Below, piece after piece: positions 62,610 through 64,000 of a DNA stretch of 64,000 nucleotides. Each line of letters starts with the position of its first letter. The first letter of the stretch is position 1. The DNA is from an uncultured Acidobacteriota bacterium (GTDB lineage: Bacteria; Acidobacteriota; Terriglobia; Acidiferrales; UBA7541). The notes under the pieces are model-generated. The model did not search any database. It had not been told where the DNA came from and saw nothing but the letters and a program-made list of their open reading frames with translations. The position numbers and the translations under genes are program-made. The stretch is from the NCBI GenBank assembly GCA_963702795.1, contig CAVPDY010000004.1, forward strand, positions 358,847 through 422,846. Reading direction: 5' to 3'.

Positions 62610-64000
62610 ATGGCAAGAAGAACCCGGCTGTTCGTCACATTCGCGTTTGCAATGGCATTGGCGCTTGTCGCGGGAGTTGCGTCCGCGCAAGACGCGAAGA
62701 CCGTCATTCAAAATGCCCAGCAAGCCATGGGCAAAGCAAACTCAATCCAGTATTCAGGCACGGGCACTGCAGGCGGAGTGGGACAGAACTGGAATCCCAA
62801 TGTCCCGTGGCACGCCACGATCGTGACGAAATATACGCGAACGATCGATTACGTGAACGGCTCCTCGACGGAGGACATGACGCGCACGCAGAAGGAGCCG
62901 CCAGACAAGGGCGGGGAGGCTCCGTTTGCCGGCGAACAGCATTTGGTCACCATGGTCAGCGGCGACACAGCTTGGAACAAAGTGGAAATACCGGCGGACC
63001 TTGGGTCGGCCGGTATGGTGGGCGCTCCTGCGCCTGCGGCCGCCGAGGAGCGGGAGTTACAGATTTTGCTGACGCCGCATGGCTTCCTGCGAGCGGCGGC
63101 CGAGGGCAAGGCCACCGTCAGCCAGGGCAACGAGGGCGGGAAGAAGGTCGCCGTGGTGACGTTCATGGATGACAACGGCCACAAGATCGTCGGAGATATC
63201 GACGATCAGAACATGGTGATCAAGGTTGATTCCTGGCTGCCCAATCCGGTGCTCGGCGACATGCTGGTCGAGACTACCTACACCGACTACAAGGATTTTG
63301 GGAGCATCAAGTTTCCCACCCACATCGTGCAGAAGCAGGGCGGCTGGCCGGTGCTGGACCTAACCGTGACGGACGTGAAAGCCAACATACCGAACGCCTT
63401 CTTGCAAGTCGCGGGCAACGCGATTGGGGCTCCCCTGCCGCCGGTCAACGTGGTGGCGCAGAAGATGGCTGACGGGGTGTGGTTCCTGGGCGGCGGAACG
63501 CACAATAGCGTGCTGATCGAATTCAAGGACTACGTCGCCGTGGTCGAAGCGCCGTTGAACGATGCGCGTTCCCAGGGCGTGATGGACCAGGTGAAGATGC
63601 TGGTGCCCAACAAGCCCATCAAGTACGTGTTCAACACGCATCACCATTTCGATCATTCCGGCGGTCTGCGGGCCTATGTGGCTGCGGGCGCCACGATCAT
63701 CACCAACGAGGGCAATAAGGCCTTCTACGAGACAGCCTGGAAGGCCCCGCGCACGCTGCAGCCGGACATGCTGTCGCAGAATCCCAAGCCGGCGACGTTC
63801 ATCACCTTCAAGGATAAATATGTGCTGACCGACGGCACTCGCTCGCTGGAGATCTACAAGCTACAGGGCGACAATCACAACGAACTGATGAGCATCGGAT
63901 ACCTGCCCAAGGAAAAGATCCTGATCGAGGCGGATGACTTCACGCCGCCAGCTCCGGGCGGTCCTGCGCCGGTACCGGTTGCGATGGGCTTTGCCAACAA
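62610..64000 (+). CDS. Tandem paralog of 61007..62545 (3' end outside the window); absent from the supplied ORF track
   Basis: Hand translation from the ATG at 62610 (after GAGGAGG) gives MARRTRLFVTFAFAMALALVAGVASAQDAKTVIQNAQQAMGKANSIQYSGTG...FNTHHHFDHSGGLRAY...PVPVAMGFAN. The frame stays open to nt 64000. Confidence 0.8.
   Translation, partial: MARRTRLFVTFAFAMALALVAGVASAQDAKTVIQNAQQAMGKANSIQYSGTGTAGGVGQNWNPNVPWHATIVTKYTRTIDYVNGSSTEDMTRTQKEPPDKGGEAPFAGEQHLVTMVSGDTAWNKVEIPADLGSAGMVGAPAPAAAEERELQILLTPHGFLRAAAEGKATVSQGNEGGKKVAVVTFMDDNGHKIVGDIDDQNMVIKVDSWLPNPVLGDMLVETTYTDYKDFGSIKFPTHIVQKQGGWPVLDLTVTDVKANIPNAFLQVAGNAIGAPLPPVNVVAQKMADGVWFLGGGTHNSVLIEFKDYVAVVEAPLNDARSQGVMDQVKMLVPNKPIKYVFNTHHHFDHSGGLRAYVAAGATIITNEGNKAFYETAWKAPRTLQPDMLSQNPKPATFITFKDKYVLTDGTRSLEIYKLQGDNHNELMSIGYLPKEKILIEADDFTPPAPGGPAPVPVAMGFAN

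Overview
High-GC (about 60%) chromosomal segment. The gene content suggests Acidobacteriota, which is an inference from gene families only: a CarboxypepD_reg-type TonB-dependent receptor, DUF3857/transglutaminase pairs, an ECF42-like sigma factor with DGPF proteins, and Hanks kinases with an FHA protein. Intact housekeeping genes are rpoD, a cold-shock gene, gltB-gltD, a LysR regulator, an M50 protease and an EVE-domain protein. Between them lie accessory and secreted-protein genes, many of which are duplicated or decayed. Main points: (1) Two directly repeated beta-propeller loci lie 7380 nt apart. In each, one in-frame TGA with no spacer splits the propeller inside a blade and is followed by two hairpins; this is the strongest candidate for something unusual (Sec or readthrough versus a homogenised nonsense mutation). 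(2) A DUF6152-like gene plus a ~320-aa secreted-protein gene occur as a two-gene cassette twice. (3) A decayed mobile/defence-type stretch runs from about 33.8 to 44.8 kb. It holds a 22-nt poly(A) tract, a frameshifted large serine recombinase whose 3' end overlaps tRNA-Arg(CCT), a complete IS with 29-bp inverted repeats and a 15-16 bp direct repeat, a KAP NTPase with a single amber codon, and toxin-antitoxin remnants. (4) A TonB-dependent receptor is broken into at least 6 frames. (5) Tandem MBL-fold paralogs sit at the right edge, and the second one is missing from the supplied ORF track. No rRNA genes or CRISPR arrays were seen. All family assignments come from motif recognition by eye, not from database searches.
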